Assembly: GCA_965220745.1 (NCBI GenBank)
Contig: CBDCQT010000012.1
Span: 192,001-256,000 of the forward strand
Source: Alphaproteobacteria bacterium
GTDB taxonomy: Bacteria > Pseudomonadota > Alphaproteobacteria > UBA828
Length of the DNA: 64,000 bases
Direction: 5' to 3'
Below are positions 9,685 to 19,586 of this stretch, in pieces. Both the position numbers and the translations under genes were made by a program. Every line of letters starts with the position of its first letter. Positions within the stretch are counted from its first letter, which is position 1. Under the pieces are notes generated by a model. The model searched no databases and was not told the origin of the DNA. It was given only the letters and a program-made list of their open reading frames with translations.

Positions 9685-11862
9685 TCAGGCGACCCGCTTG
9701 GGAAACGTCTCGTGACCCCAGACCTGGCGTTCGCGGATCCATGGCAGCGGCTGTTGCGGATCGTCGGATTCGAACTCGCGCGCGAGCCTGTGGCCGTCGA
9801 AGATGGCGTTAGCGACGATGCGCGGGGCGTGGCAGTCGCCGACCCGATAGACCGCCTGGATGCCTTGGCCGGCCCACTCCGCGCTGCGCGCCTTGACCTC
9901 GCGAAACACCCTGTCGTCGCTCACCCGTGCCGTGCACAGGACGACACTGTCGCACTCCAGCTCAGTCACCTCGGTGCCGGCACGGCGCGAATACTCGCCC
10001 TTCTTTGGCGTCAACGTCCGAACATAGCCGTCCCGATAGAGGTAGAAAATCGCCAGCTTAACTGCATTGCCTATCTCCAATTTTTCCGCCCAATGCAGCG
10101 TATGTTGCTCGATGTTCTTCTCGTGCATCATGCGGCGAATATCGTGAATCTCCTCGGTATAGATGCAGTGAGACGCGACGTTATCGAAGTTGGTGACGAT
10201 GCTGACGTCTTTGCCTTGATCGGCAAGCAGCTCCGCCATGCTCACGCCGGTGTAATAGCCCTCGTAGTCGAGCACGACGACGCGCTCTCCGGTCTCCTTG
10301 CCGGCCATGATCTGCTCGGGAGTGCAGATTTCCGGTAGCGACGCATCTGCGCCGCTGAGCGGGGCCTGGGTCACGCCGCCGAGACCGTTCGTCGACCAAC
10401 GCGCTCCGGTGGCGAAGACCACCTTGTCGGCGCCGTATTCCAGAACGCTGTCGGCGCTCATCTCGCCGACCCCGGTGTGCACCTCGACGTTCTTGAGCTT
10501 GTCCAGCTGGCCCTGCCTGTAGCTGATGACGCGGCCCCATTCGGCGAGATGGGGATAGCGCATGATGTCCTTCATGCAGCCGCCGGTCTCGTCCAACGCC
10601 TCGCGCAGGTGGACGTCGTAGCCCCGCTCTCCCAGGACACGCGCGCACTCCATCCCTGCAGGGCCGGCGCCGACGACGAGAACTGAGCACGGATCCTCCG
10701 CGCGCTCGAACTTCTCAGGATGCCAGCCGCGCCGGTATTCCTCCATCGACGTGGCGTTCTGCGTGCAGATCAGGGGCGTCGTCTGCCACCACTTCGAGAG
10801 ACACATGTTGCAGCCGATGCATTCGCGGATGTCGTCGGTCCGGCCTTCGTCGATTTTGTTGGGGAGGAAGGGATCGGCGATGGAGGGACGCGCGGCGCCG
10901 ATCAGGTCGGCCTGCCCGGACTTGATGATCTGCACCATCTCATCGGGGCTGGTGACACGGCCGGCGCTGACCACCGGAACACTACAGGCCTTCTTGGCTT
11001 CCCTGATCCAGGGCGCCATGTAGTTGGAGGCCGTGGAGCGCGAGGCGGCGATTTCCAGCGCGAGCTCGGAGTAGCGGCCGACCTTCATGTCCCAGACGTC
11101 GCACAGGCCTTCCCTCTCGTGAAGCTCGATGAAGCGAATGCCGTCCTCCCAGACCTCGAGCCCGTCCGGGCCGTCCATGGTATCGACCGAATAGCGATAG
11201 CCGACCGCGCACTCATCGCCGACGGCCTTTTTGGTCGCCTCCGAGACTTCGAGGGCAAAGCGAGCGCGGTTCTCCATCGAGCCGCCGTACTTGTCCGTCC
11301 TCTTGTTGTAGTAGGGCTGAAGGAACTGGTTCATGATCATCGAGTCCGAAACCAGGTTCTCGATGATGTCGAAGCCTGCATCCCGCGCCCGCTTCGCCGC
11401 ATCGACGTGCATCTGGATGACGGCGCGGATGTCGTCGTCGTCCATCTCGCAGGTGCTCGCCAGGGGAATCGCCTCCGACGGCGCTTGACTGGGCGCACGG
11501 CTGATCGCGCGGGATTCACCGCTCTGAGAGTGCAAACCGGCGTAGTAGAGCTCGACGCCGGCCAGCGCGCCGTGCGTGTGAATGCTGTCTGTCACGTGCC
11601 GCAGGCTGATCACGTCGCCTTCGTCCCAGAGACGCGCGGACCAATGCGGTGAATCGTCTGATTCCGGGTGGATCGCGGTGTACTCGATGAAGACGGTCCC
11701 CCAACCGCCTTCGGCTTTCATGCCGCGGAACGCGGCCTGGGTGCCGGGGCGATCCGAGCCCGCGCTGTTGCAATGGGGCGTCTGCCAGAACCGATTCTTC
11801 GTTGCTTTTGGGCCGACATTGACCGACTCAAACAAAACGTCGTGTTCTGGATTTCGCGCCAT
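9685..11862 (-). CDS. Trimethylamine/dimethylamine dehydrogenase-like flavoprotein (paralogue 3, altered active site)
   Basis: Colinear with TMADH along its length (TPHC, EYTAIHPESDD, SARLWDEGDV, YYNKRTDKYGGS, ECIGCNMC, CTQNATSMEEYRRGWHPEKF, C-terminal HRLAREFE...WG); 725 aa. Confidence 0.9.
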   Translation of the reverse strand: MARNPEHDVLFESVNVGPKATKNRFWQTPHCNSAGSDRPGTQAAFRGMKAEGGWGTVFIEYTAIHPESDDSPHWSARLWDEGDVISLRHVTDSIHTHGALAGVELYYAGLHSQSGESRAISRAPSQAPSEAIPLASTCEMDDDDIRAVIQMHVDAAKRARDAGFDIIENLVSDSMIMNQFLQPYYNKRTDKYGGSMENRARFALEVSEATKKAVGDECAVGYRYSVDTMDGPDGLEVWEDGIRFIELHEREGLCDVWDMKVGRYSELALEIAASRSTASNYMAPWIREAKKACSVPVVSAGRVTSPDEMVQIIKSGQADLIGAARPSIADPFLPNKIDEGRTDDIRECIGCNMCLSKWWQTTPLICTQNATSMEEYRRGWHPEKFERAEDPCSVLVVGAGPAGMECARVLGERGYDVHLREALDETGGCMKDIMRYPHLAEWGRVISYRQGQLDKLKNVEVHTGVGEMSADSVLEYGADKVVFATGARWSTNGLGGVTQAPLSGADASLPEICTPEQIMAGKETGERVVVLDYEGYYTGVSMAELLADQGKDVSIVTNFDNVASHCIYTEEIHDIRRMMHEKNIEQHTLHWAEKLEIGNAVKLAIFYLYRDGYVRTLTPKKGEYSRRAGTEVTELECDSVVLCTARVSDDRVFREVKARSAEWAGQGIQAVYRVGDCHAPRIVANAIFDGHRLAREFESDDPQQPLPWIRERQVWGHETFPKRVA

Positions 11863-12106
11863 TGTTTAGTTCCCCCTGTTTGCACAATTGCACCCAAACT
11901 ATGACGTCGCATTGTCGCTTATTCGAGCATAGCCGATAGAGGCTCCGGTGCAAGTTTCATCTCTGGCTGCGCGACTGTCGACCGGTCGATTCAACACTGT
12001 CATGCGGTCCGACCGGTCGAACGCAGCCGGAGGCGGCGCCCTTGCCCGAGCGGGGCCACCGGTTGCAAGCTGGGTATCCAATGCCCGCAGGGAGGAGGAC
12101 GGCGCC

Positions 12107-13627
12107 ATGGCGGACTCACAATACGACGCGATCATCGTCGGCGCCGGCCACAACGGGCTGGTCGCTGCCTTCTATCTGGCGCGTGCCGGGCGCAAGGTGC
12201 TGCTCTGCGAGCGAAGGCCGTTCGTCGGCGGTGCGTGCGCGACCGAAGAGCTTTTCGAGGGCTACCGCGTCTCGTCCTGCTCCTACGTCATGTGGAAACT
12301 GGAGCAGAAGGTGCGCGACGACATGGGGCTCGACGCGCGCGGGTTGACCATGCACCTGATCGACCCGCCCGTGTTCCTGCCTTACGAAGACGGCTCGCAC
12401 GCATTCCTTCACTACGACATGGAGCGCACGATCGATTCGATCGCGCGGCTGAACGCGCGCGATGCCGAGCGCTTTCCCGAGTGGGTGGACCTGTGGAGCC
12501 GGGCGACCGGGCTGGTGCAGCCCTACATGCTGACCGACCCGCCGACGCTCTCCGACGTTTGGGAGCGTGCCAGGGAAAACGGCGACGAGGCCGTGCTGGA
12601 GCGCTTTCTGACCACCTCCCTCGTCGACCTCGCGGCTGACTATTTCGAGGACGAGCGCGTGCGCGCGATGATGCTCTACGTGCAGGATATGGCCGACCCC
12701 TACGCCAATGGCAGCGCCTGGGCAGAGGTTTTCTTCCAGTTCGGCGCCGCCGGCGGACACGGCTTCTACGTCGTGGAAGGCGGCATGGGCTCCATCACCC
12801 GCTATATGGCCGAGGCGGTCGAAGAGCAGGGCGGCGAGATCCGCTGTGACGCCCCGGTCGCGCAGGTGCTGGTGGAGGACGGCGCGGCCACCGGCGTGCG
12901 CCTCGGCTCGGGCGAAGAGATCCGCGCGCAGATCGTGCTCTCGAATGCCGATCCCAAGCGCACCTACCGCACTCTCTTCGCGCCAGAAGACCTGCCGGGC
13001 GATCTCCTGGACCGCGTGGAACGGCTCAAGACCGAAACCGGCTACTTCAAGTTTCATTGCGTGATGGATGAGCCCCCGGACGTTTCAGGCTATCTCAACG
13101 GCTACGATGGCCCGCCGATCTCTTACATCCTGATAGCGCCGAGCCTGGATCACTACGCCCTGGCGGGTGCGGAAATGCGCGCAGGCGAGCCCTGCGGCGA
13201 GCCGATCTGCCACCTTCAGGTGCCGACCCTCTACGACGACACCCTGACCGATCGGGACGGGCACATCTGCTCGATCTGGGGTCTCTACGCGCCTCCCCGT
13301 CTCGCCACAGGCACCTGGGAGGAGCGCCGCGAAGAGGTGGGCGAAGGAGTAATCGACTACGTGACGCAGTTCGTTCCCAACTTCCGCTCCGCCATCCGGG
13401 AATGGATGTTCATGAGCCCCTGGGACATCGAGCAGCGAACGGGGATCACCGACGGCGCCATCCGCCATCTCGACGTCGTGCCGAGCCAGTTCCTGAACGG
13501 GCGGCTCAGCTACGATACCGAAATCCGCAACTTCTACCTCTGCGGCGGCGGCACGCACCCGGCCGGCGAGGTCACCGGCGCTCCCGGTCACAACGCGGCC
13601 CACCACATTCTGCGCGCCAACGCCTGA
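12107..13627 (+). CDS. Phytoene-desaturase-like FAD oxidoreductase (COG1233/PYROXD2-like)
   Basis: YDAIIVGAGHNGLVAAFYLA, GGACATEE, EGGMGSIT and C-terminal YLCGGGTHPAGEVTGAPGHNAA; ATG 12107 after GGAGGAGG. Confidence 0.88.
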   Translation: MADSQYDAIIVGAGHNGLVAAFYLARAGRKVLLCERRPFVGGACATEELFEGYRVSSCSYVMWKLEQKVRDDMGLDARGLTMHLIDPPVFLPYEDGSHAFLHYDMERTIDSIARLNARDAERFPEWVDLWSRATGLVQPYMLTDPPTLSDVWERARENGDEAVLERFLTTSLVDLAADYFEDERVRAMMLYVQDMADPYANGSAWAEVFFQFGAAGGHGFYVVEGGMGSITRYMAEAVEEQGGEIRCDAPVAQVLVEDGAATGVRLGSGEEIRAQIVLSNADPKRTYRTLFAPEDLPGDLLDRVERLKTETGYFKFHCVMDEPPDVSGYLNGYDGPPISYILIAPSLDHYALAGAEMRAGEPCGEPICHLQVPTLYDDTLTDRDGHICSIWGLYAPPRLATGTWEERREEVGEGVIDYVTQFVPNFRSAIREWMFMSPWDIEQRTGITDGAIRHLDVVPSQFLNGRLSYDTEIRNFYLCGGGTHPAGEVTGAPGHNAAHHILRANA

Positions 13628-13709
13628 CACCCCGGCCTCGCTTCGTGATCCCGACACCCCGCTGGTACACTCGCGCGCGCCAAGCACTGAGCCAAAGAGA
13701 CGGCAGCGG

Positions 13710-16157
13710 ATGACCCAGGGGTTTACCGACCAGGCGCGCGTCGTGATTATCGGCGGCGGGGCGATCGGCTGTGCCACCGCGTACCATCTGGCCAAACACG
13801 GCCGCGACGATGTCGTCCTGGTCGAGAAGGCCAAGCTCACGTCGGGCTCGACCTGGCACGCCGCCGGCGCTTTTGCGCAGTTCCGCACCGATCCCAATGC
13901 CGGCCGGCTCATGGCCTACGGTGCCGACCTCTACGCGTCGCTGGAGGAGGAGACCGGCCAGGCCACCGGCTGGCACCGGACGGGCGGCATGCGGGTCGCC
14001 TCCAATCGCGACCGTCGGCGCGAGTACGAGCGGGCGATCACGACGGCGCGCTCCTTCGGCGTCGAGATGGAGCTGATTTCCGCCAAGGAAGCGCAGGCAC
14101 TATTTCCCTTCATGACCATCGATCACGTGGATTGCGCGCTCTACATCCCCACCGACGGCGCCTTGAGCCCGTCGGATACGTGCATGGCGCTCGCCAAGGG
14201 GGCACGCCAGTACGGCGCCCGGCTCTTCGAGGACACGGCGGTTACCGGCTTCGAGATCGAGCAGGGCCGCGTCGCCGCCGTCGTTACGGAGCGCGGCACG
14301 ATCCGCTGCGAGATCGCGGTGATCTGCTGCGGCATCTGGTCGCGCGAGATTGGGCGGCTCGCGGGTGTGAACGTCCCGATCCAGCCCTCGCATCACTGCT
14401 ACTTCATCACCGAGCCGATCGAGGGCGTGACTCGCGACCTGCCGACGACGCGGGACCCGGACCTCTGGCACTACATCCGGGAGGAGGTCGGCGGGCTGCT
14501 CGTCGGCCAGTACGATCCCGATCCCATCCCGTTCACGGATCCGATCCCCAAGGACCATGAGTTCAAGCTCATGCCCGAGAACCTCGACCACTTCATGCCG
14601 CGGCTCGAGGGCTTGCTCGACTGGATTCCCGTGCTCAAGACCGCCGGCATCAAGAGCTGGTTCAACGGCCTGGAAGCCTTCACCGAGGATCAGAATCCGG
14701 TGATGGGCGAGGCGCCGGAGGTGCGCAACATCTTCGTGAGCGCGGGCTTCAACGCTTACGGGCTCACCGGCTGTGGCGGCGCCGGCATGGCGCTCGGCGA
14801 GTGGATTCTGAACGGCGAGCCGCCCTACGACATCTGGAGCTTCGACATCCGCCGCTTCGCCGGCTACCACCGCGCCGACAGCCAGGTTCTGGTGCGCTCT
14901 CTGGAGGGCCAGGGTCACCACTACACCATCGTCTGGCCCCGTGAGGAGATGAAGGCCGGGCGGCCGCTCAGGCGCAGCGCGATCTATGATCGCCTCAGGG
15001 ACAATCGCGCCTGCTTCGGCGCCAAGTTTGGTTGGGAGCGGCCCAACTGGTTCGCGCCCGAGGGTGTCGAGCCGGTGGAGATCGACAGCTTCACGCGCCC
15101 TCGCTGGCACGCGCACGTGGCCGTCGAGCACGCGGCTTGCAGGGACACGGCCGCGCTCTTCGACCAGTCGTCCTTCGCCAAGTTCGCGCTGGTCGGCCGC
15201 GACGCGGAGGCCTGCCTGCAGCGTATCTGTGCCGCCGATGTCGGCAAGCCACCGGGGCGGATCACCTACACACAAATGCTCAACCGGAACGGCGGGATCG
15301 AATGCGACCTGACCGTCGCGCGGATCGCAGAGGACTCCTTCTACATCGTTACCGGCACGGGCTTCGCGACCCACGACTTCGACCACATCAGCCGGAACAT
15401 CGACCCGGATGCCCACGCCTCGCTGGTCGACATCACCTCGGCCTACGGGGTGCTCGCGCTGATGGGGCCGCGCGCCCGCGAAATCCTCGCGTCCGTGGCG
15501 GAGGGCGAGCTGGGAGCGGAGGCATTCCCATTCGGTGCGGTGAGAGAAATCTACGTGGCGGGCGCGCCCGTTCGCGCCATGCGCATCACCTTCGTGGGCG
15601 AGCTGGGCTGGGAGCTTCACGTCGCCACCGAGTACATGCTCACGGTCTATGACGCGCTGAAGGCGGCAGGAGCCGCGCACGGTCTGCTTGACGCGGGCTA
15701 CTGGGCGATCAACAGCCTGCGGCTGGAGAAGGGCTACCGCGTCTGGGCGGCGGATATCGGCCCGGACTTCAACCCGCTGGAGGCGGGCCTCGGCTTCGCG
15801 GTCGCGTTCGACAAGCCCACGGCGTTCATCGGGCAGGACGCCGTGCGCAAGCAGCGGGAACAGCCGCTGACCCGCCGGCTCGCGACCTTCACCATCGACG
15901 ATGATCCGGAGGTGCAGCTCTGGGGCCGCGAGACGATCATCCGAAACGGCGAGCGCGTCGGCTGGCTCGCCTCCGGCGGCTTCGGCCATACCGTCGGCCG
16001 GAGCATCGGCATGGGCTATGTGCGGAACCCGGCGGGTGTCAGCGACGATTACCTGGCCAGCGGCACGTACTCGCTGGAAGTCGCGACCCGCGAGGTGCCG
16101 GCCGAGCTCCACCTGCGGCCGCTCTACGACCCCGGCAATGACCGGGTCAGGGCATGA
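13710..16157 (+). CDS. GcvT-family FAD-dependent oxidoreductase (dimethylglycine/sarcosine dehydrogenase-like)
   Basis: IIGGGAIG, LTSGSTWHAAG (covalent FAD His), FGWERPNWF, folate-binding GcvT domain (DQSSFAKF, GELGWELH, SLRLEKGY). Confidence 0.92.
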   Translation: MTQGFTDQARVVIIGGGAIGCATAYHLAKHGRDDVVLVEKAKLTSGSTWHAAGAFAQFRTDPNAGRLMAYGADLYASLEEETGQATGWHRTGGMRVASNRDRRREYERAITTARSFGVEMELISAKEAQALFPFMTIDHVDCALYIPTDGALSPSDTCMALAKGARQYGARLFEDTAVTGFEIEQGRVAAVVTERGTIRCEIAVICCGIWSREIGRLAGVNVPIQPSHHCYFITEPIEGVTRDLPTTRDPDLWHYIREEVGGLLVGQYDPDPIPFTDPIPKDHEFKLMPENLDHFMPRLEGLLDWIPVLKTAGIKSWFNGLEAFTEDQNPVMGEAPEVRNIFVSAGFNAYGLTGCGGAGMALGEWILNGEPPYDIWSFDIRRFAGYHRADSQVLVRSLEGQGHHYTIVWPREEMKAGRPLRRSAIYDRLRDNRACFGAKFGWERPNWFAPEGVEPVEIDSFTRPRWHAHVAVEHAACRDTAALFDQSSFAKFALVGRDAEACLQRICAADVGKPPGRITYTQMLNRNGGIECDLTVARIAEDSFYIVTGTGFATHDFDHISRNIDPDAHASLVDITSAYGVLALMGPRAREILASVAEGELGAEAFPFGAVREIYVAGAPVRAMRITFVGELGWELHVATEYMLTVYDALKAAGAAHGLLDAGYWAINSLRLEKGYRVWAADIGPDFNPLEAGLGFAVAFDKPTAFIGQDAVRKQREQPLTRRLATFTIDDDPEVQLWGRETIIRNGERVGWLASGGFGHTVGRSIGMGYVRNPAGVSDDYLASGTYSLEVATREVPAELHLRPLYDPGNDRVRA

Positions 16158-17131
16158 CGAAGACTCCCACCTCCGACGACGATGTCTACGATCTGATCGG
16201 CGGCGCCCGAGGCATGGAGGCGCGCAGCGGTGCGGCGGTCGAACGCGCCCGCGCGCTGCCGATCTGGAGCGGCCCGGTCGAGCCCGTCCTGCTGAGCGGG
16301 GGCTTGAGCAACATCAACCTCACCGCAGACGACGCTGGCGAGCGCTACGTGATCCGTGTTGGCGAGGACGAGCCCTTCTTCGGCGTCTCCCGCGAGAACG
16401 AGCTCCAGGCCTTCCGTGCCGCCCACGCGGCGGGCGTCGCGCCGGAGGTGGTCTACGCCGAGCCCGGCCTGATGGTGATCCGCTTCATCGAAGGCCGCTC
16501 GCTCCTGCCTGCCGACGTGCACGAACCCGCATGTCTCGCCAAGGTGGCCCGTCTCTTTCGTCAGCTCCATCGCGAGGCCCACAAGCACCTGGACTCGACG
16601 GGCTTCATGTTCTGGCCGTTCCAGCATCATCGCGCGTATATCCGGCTGCTGCAGGAGCGCTCCGACCGGCTCTACGGGCGATGGCGCGACATGCTGCCGG
16701 GCCTCGCCGCCGCGAACGAGGCGCTGGAGCGCACGATGGGGCCGGCGACCATCGTCTTCGGCCACAACGACCTCAACCCGCAGAACATCATGGACGACGG
16801 CGAGCGGGTCTGGTTCGTGGACTGGGAGTTCGGCGGGTTCACGGTGGATCTGTTCGACCTCGGCGTGCTCGCCATGAACATCGAGATCAGGCCGGACGAG
16901 ATCGACCCTTATCTCGAGCCCTATTTCGAGACGCCGGCCACCGATGAGCTGCGCCACCGCTTCGCCGCCGCGACGGTCGTCGCCGCCATCCGCGAGACGA
17001 CCTGGAGCTTCGTCTCCGAGGTGATGGACAAGCCCATCGACTTCGACTTTCGCATCTACTCCACGATGAATGCGGAGCGCTACGAGCGCATGTACGCCGA
17101 GTACCGCGACACCTACGGCGCCTCGGGGTAG
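16154..17131 (+). CDS. Choline/ethanolamine kinase-like phosphotransferase
   Basis: LSGGLSNIN, Brenner-type HNDLNPQNI and DWEFGG; ATGA overlap with the upstream gene. Confidence 0.85.
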   Translation: MTKTPTSDDDVYDLIGGARGMEARSGAAVERARALPIWSGPVEPVLLSGGLSNINLTADDAGERYVIRVGEDEPFFGVSRENELQAFRAAHAAGVAPEVVYAEPGLMVIRFIEGRSLLPADVHEPACLAKVARLFRQLHREAHKHLDSTGFMFWPFQHHRAYIRLLQERSDRLYGRWRDMLPGLAAANEALERTMGPATIVFGHNDLNPQNIMDDGERVWFVDWEFGGFTVDLFDLGVLAMNIEIRPDEIDPYLEPYFETPATDELRHRFAAATVVAAIRETTWSFVSEVMDKPIDFDFRIYSTMNAERYERMYAEYRDTYGASG

Positions 17132-17146
17132 CGAGGAGAACGATCG

Positions 17147-18034
17147 ATGAGCGAAGAGAGACAGCCCGACGAGACCTGCCGTGTCGCCGTGGAGGGCGGC
17201 GAGGTGGCGGTCTACAGCTTCGGCACCGGCGAGCGCGTGCTTCTCTGTCTGCACGGCGGCCCCGGCCTGCCCTGCGACTACGTGCGAGACAGCCACTCGG
17301 TGTTGGCGGATCACGGCTATCGCGTGGTGGCCTACGACCAGCTCGGCTGCGGCCAGTCCGACAGGCCGGACGATACCTCGCTCTACAACGTCCCCCGCTA
17401 CGTTGACGAGGTCGAAGCGGTGCGGACCGCACTCGGGCTCGGCCGCGTCCACCTGCTCGGTCAGTCGTGGGGAACCTGGCTGGGCACCGATTACTGCCTG
17501 AAATATCAGGAGAACGTTGCGTCCTACGTGATCGCGAACGGTTCAGGCTGCGTGCCGCACACGGTCACCGAGATGAAGCGCCTCCGCGCCGCCCTCGGGC
17601 CCGAGACGGTGGCCATGATGCAGCGCCACGAGGCCCAGGGAACCACCGACCACCCTACGTATGAGGCCGCCATCACGATCCTGTACCACCGGCACCTGTG
17701 CCGGCTCGACGCGTGGCCCGCGTCCCTGCAACGCTCGCTCGACGGCATCAACATGGATGTCTACGGCACCATGTGGGGCCCCAACGAGTTCTGCTGCGTC
17801 GGTACGCTCAAGGACTGGGACCGGCTCGCTGAGATGGGGCGCATCAAGGTGCCCTGCCTGATCTTGAGCGGCCTCCACGACGAGCTCACGCCCGAAGGCG
17901 CCATGCTCATGCAGGACGTGCTGCCGAACGCGACGAGCGTGGTCTTTCCCAACAGCTCGCACACGCCGTTCTTCGAGGAGCCCGAGGCCTACTTCGCGGC
18001 GCTGCGCGACTTCCTCGATCGCCAGAGCGGGTGA
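17147..18034 (+). CDS. Proline iminopeptidase / L-amino acid amidase family alpha/beta hydrolase
   Basis: LHGGPG, YDQLGCGQSD, nucleophile GQSWG, MWGPNEF, HDE and SSHTPFFEEP. Confidence 0.9.
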   Translation: MSEERQPDETCRVAVEGGEVAVYSFGTGERVLLCLHGGPGLPCDYVRDSHSVLADHGYRVVAYDQLGCGQSDRPDDTSLYNVPRYVDEVEAVRTALGLGRVHLLGQSWGTWLGTDYCLKYQENVASYVIANGSGCVPHTVTEMKRLRAALGPETVAMMQRHEAQGTTDHPTYEAAITILYHRHLCRLDAWPASLQRSLDGINMDVYGTMWGPNEFCCVGTLKDWDRLAEMGRIKVPCLILSGLHDELTPEGAMLMQDVLPNATSVVFPNSSHTPFFEEPEAYFAALRDFLDRQSG

Positions 18035-18048
18035 GCCCTCCAGCCGCG

Positions 18049-18834
18049 TTAGTGGATGCTGAGTCCTGCGCAGACGTTGATCGCCTGGCCGGTGACGTAG
18101 CGGCCGGGTTCGCCGGCGAGGTAGACGGCCATCTCGGCGATCGCAGTCGGCGGGATCAGGGCGCTCAGCATGTTGGTGCGCATGCTCTCGTCATAGACCT
18201 TCTCGTAGGGCTCGCCGAGATCGCGCGCCATGTCTTCATGCAGCGCCACCGCCATCTTGGTCTCGATCCAGCCGGGACAGATGGCGTTGACCCGGATGTT
18301 GTGCTCTCCCACCTCGGCGGCAAGACAGCGCACGAAGCCGACCAGGCCGTGCTTGGTCGTGTTGTAGGCGGTCCACTCCGCATCCGCCGTCTTGGCGTTG
18401 GTGGACGCGTTGAAGAGCTGCACACCGCCCGCGCCCTGCTCGATCATCGTTGGCAGCGTGTGCTTGGAGACCAGGTACGGCGCCTTCAGGTTGACGGCCA
18501 TGATCCAGTCCCACATGGCCTCGTCCATGTCGACGACCTTCTTGACGTCGGCGACCCCGGCGTTGTTCACGACCACGTCGATGCCGCCGAGCCGCTCGAT
18601 GGCGGCCTTGCACATCCCCTCGATGGCCGCGGCGTCGGTCAGATCGGCCGGTGCAGCGAAGGCCTTGCCGCCGGCATCGGCGATGGCGTCGAGTGTCTCC
18701 GCCGCCCGCGCTTCGCTCCGTGCGTGAACCGCGACCGTCGCCCCTTCTCGCGCGTAGGCCTCGGCGATGGCGCGCCCGATGCCGCTCGCGGCTCCCGTAA
18801 CCAGTGTCCGCTTGCCCTCCAGACCGACTCTCAT
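18049..18834 (-). CDS. Short-chain dehydrogenase/reductase (SDR)
   Basis: TGAASGIG, NNAG, YNTTK (YxxxK), NAICPGWIET. Confidence 0.92.
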   Translation of the reverse strand: MRVGLEGKRTLVTGAASGIGRAIAEAYAREGATVAVHARSEARAAETLDAIADAGGKAFAAPADLTDAAAIEGMCKAAIERLGGIDVVVNNAGVADVKKVVDMDEAMWDWIMAVNLKAPYLVSKHTLPTMIEQGAGGVQLFNASTNAKTADAEWTAYNTTKHGLVGFVRCLAAEVGEHNIRVNAICPGWIETKMAVALHEDMARDLGEPYEKVYDESMRTNMLSALIPPTAIAEMAVYLAGEPGRYVTGQAINVCAGLSIH

Positions 18835-18875
18835 GGCTTTCTCCCCAAGGCTGTCGGCATCGCGACCAGCTTAGC

Positions 18876-19586
18876 CTAAGCAACGCCGAGATAGGTGTGC
18901 TGCACCTTGTCGTTCTCGCGCAGGTCGGCCGCCGGGCCCTCGAGAACGATCCGTCCCGTCTCCATCACGTAGCCTTTCTGGGCAAGCGCCAAGGCAAGAC
19001 GGGCGTTCTGCTCGACCAGCACGATCGTCCGCTTCTCGCTATGCAACGCACGGATGATGCGCGCGATTTCGCGGCACATGATGGGCGAGAGTCCGAGTGA
19101 CGGCTCGTCCATCAGAATCACGTTCGGCTTCGACATCAGCGCGCGTCCCATGGCGAGCATTTGCTGCTCGCCGCCGCTGAGCGTACCGGCGAGTTGGTTG
19201 GCGCGCTCCAGCAACCGGGGGAAGCGCCTGAACACGTCGTCGAAATCCGCGCGCAGGCCGTCGGCATCCTTGCGCAGGTAGGCGCCCATCTCCAAATTCT
19301 CGCGCACCGTCATCATGGGGAAGACGCGCCGTCCTTCGGGCACGTGGGCGATGCCAAGCCCGGCGATCTTCTCCGGCGAGGCGCCGTCGATGCGCTTGCC
19401 CTCAAGGCGGATTTCGCCGCCGCTCAGCCGTTCCAGGCCCGAGATCGCCCGCAATGTGGTGGACTTGCCCGCGCCGTTGGCACCGATCAGGGTGACGATC
19501 TCACCCTCCTCGACGCCGATGGTAATTCCCTTTACGGCCTCGATCTTGCGATAGCGGACCGATACGTCCTCGAGCTCAAGCAGCAA
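18876..19586 (-). CDS. livF: Branched-chain amino acid-type ABC ATPase
   Basis: GANGAGKST, HVPEGRRVF, LSGGEQQMLA, DEPSLGL. Confidence 0.9.
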   Translation of the reverse strand: MLLELEDVSVRYRKIEAVKGITIGVEEGEIVTLIGANGAGKSTTLRAISGLERLSGGEIRLEGKRIDGASPEKIAGLGIAHVPEGRRVFPMMTVRENLEMGAYLRKDADGLRADFDDVFRRFPRLLERANQLAGTLSGGEQQMLAMGRALMSKPNVILMDEPSLGLSPIMCREIARIIRALHSEKRTIVLVEQNARLALALAQKGYVMETGRIVLEGPAADLRENDKVQHTYLGVA

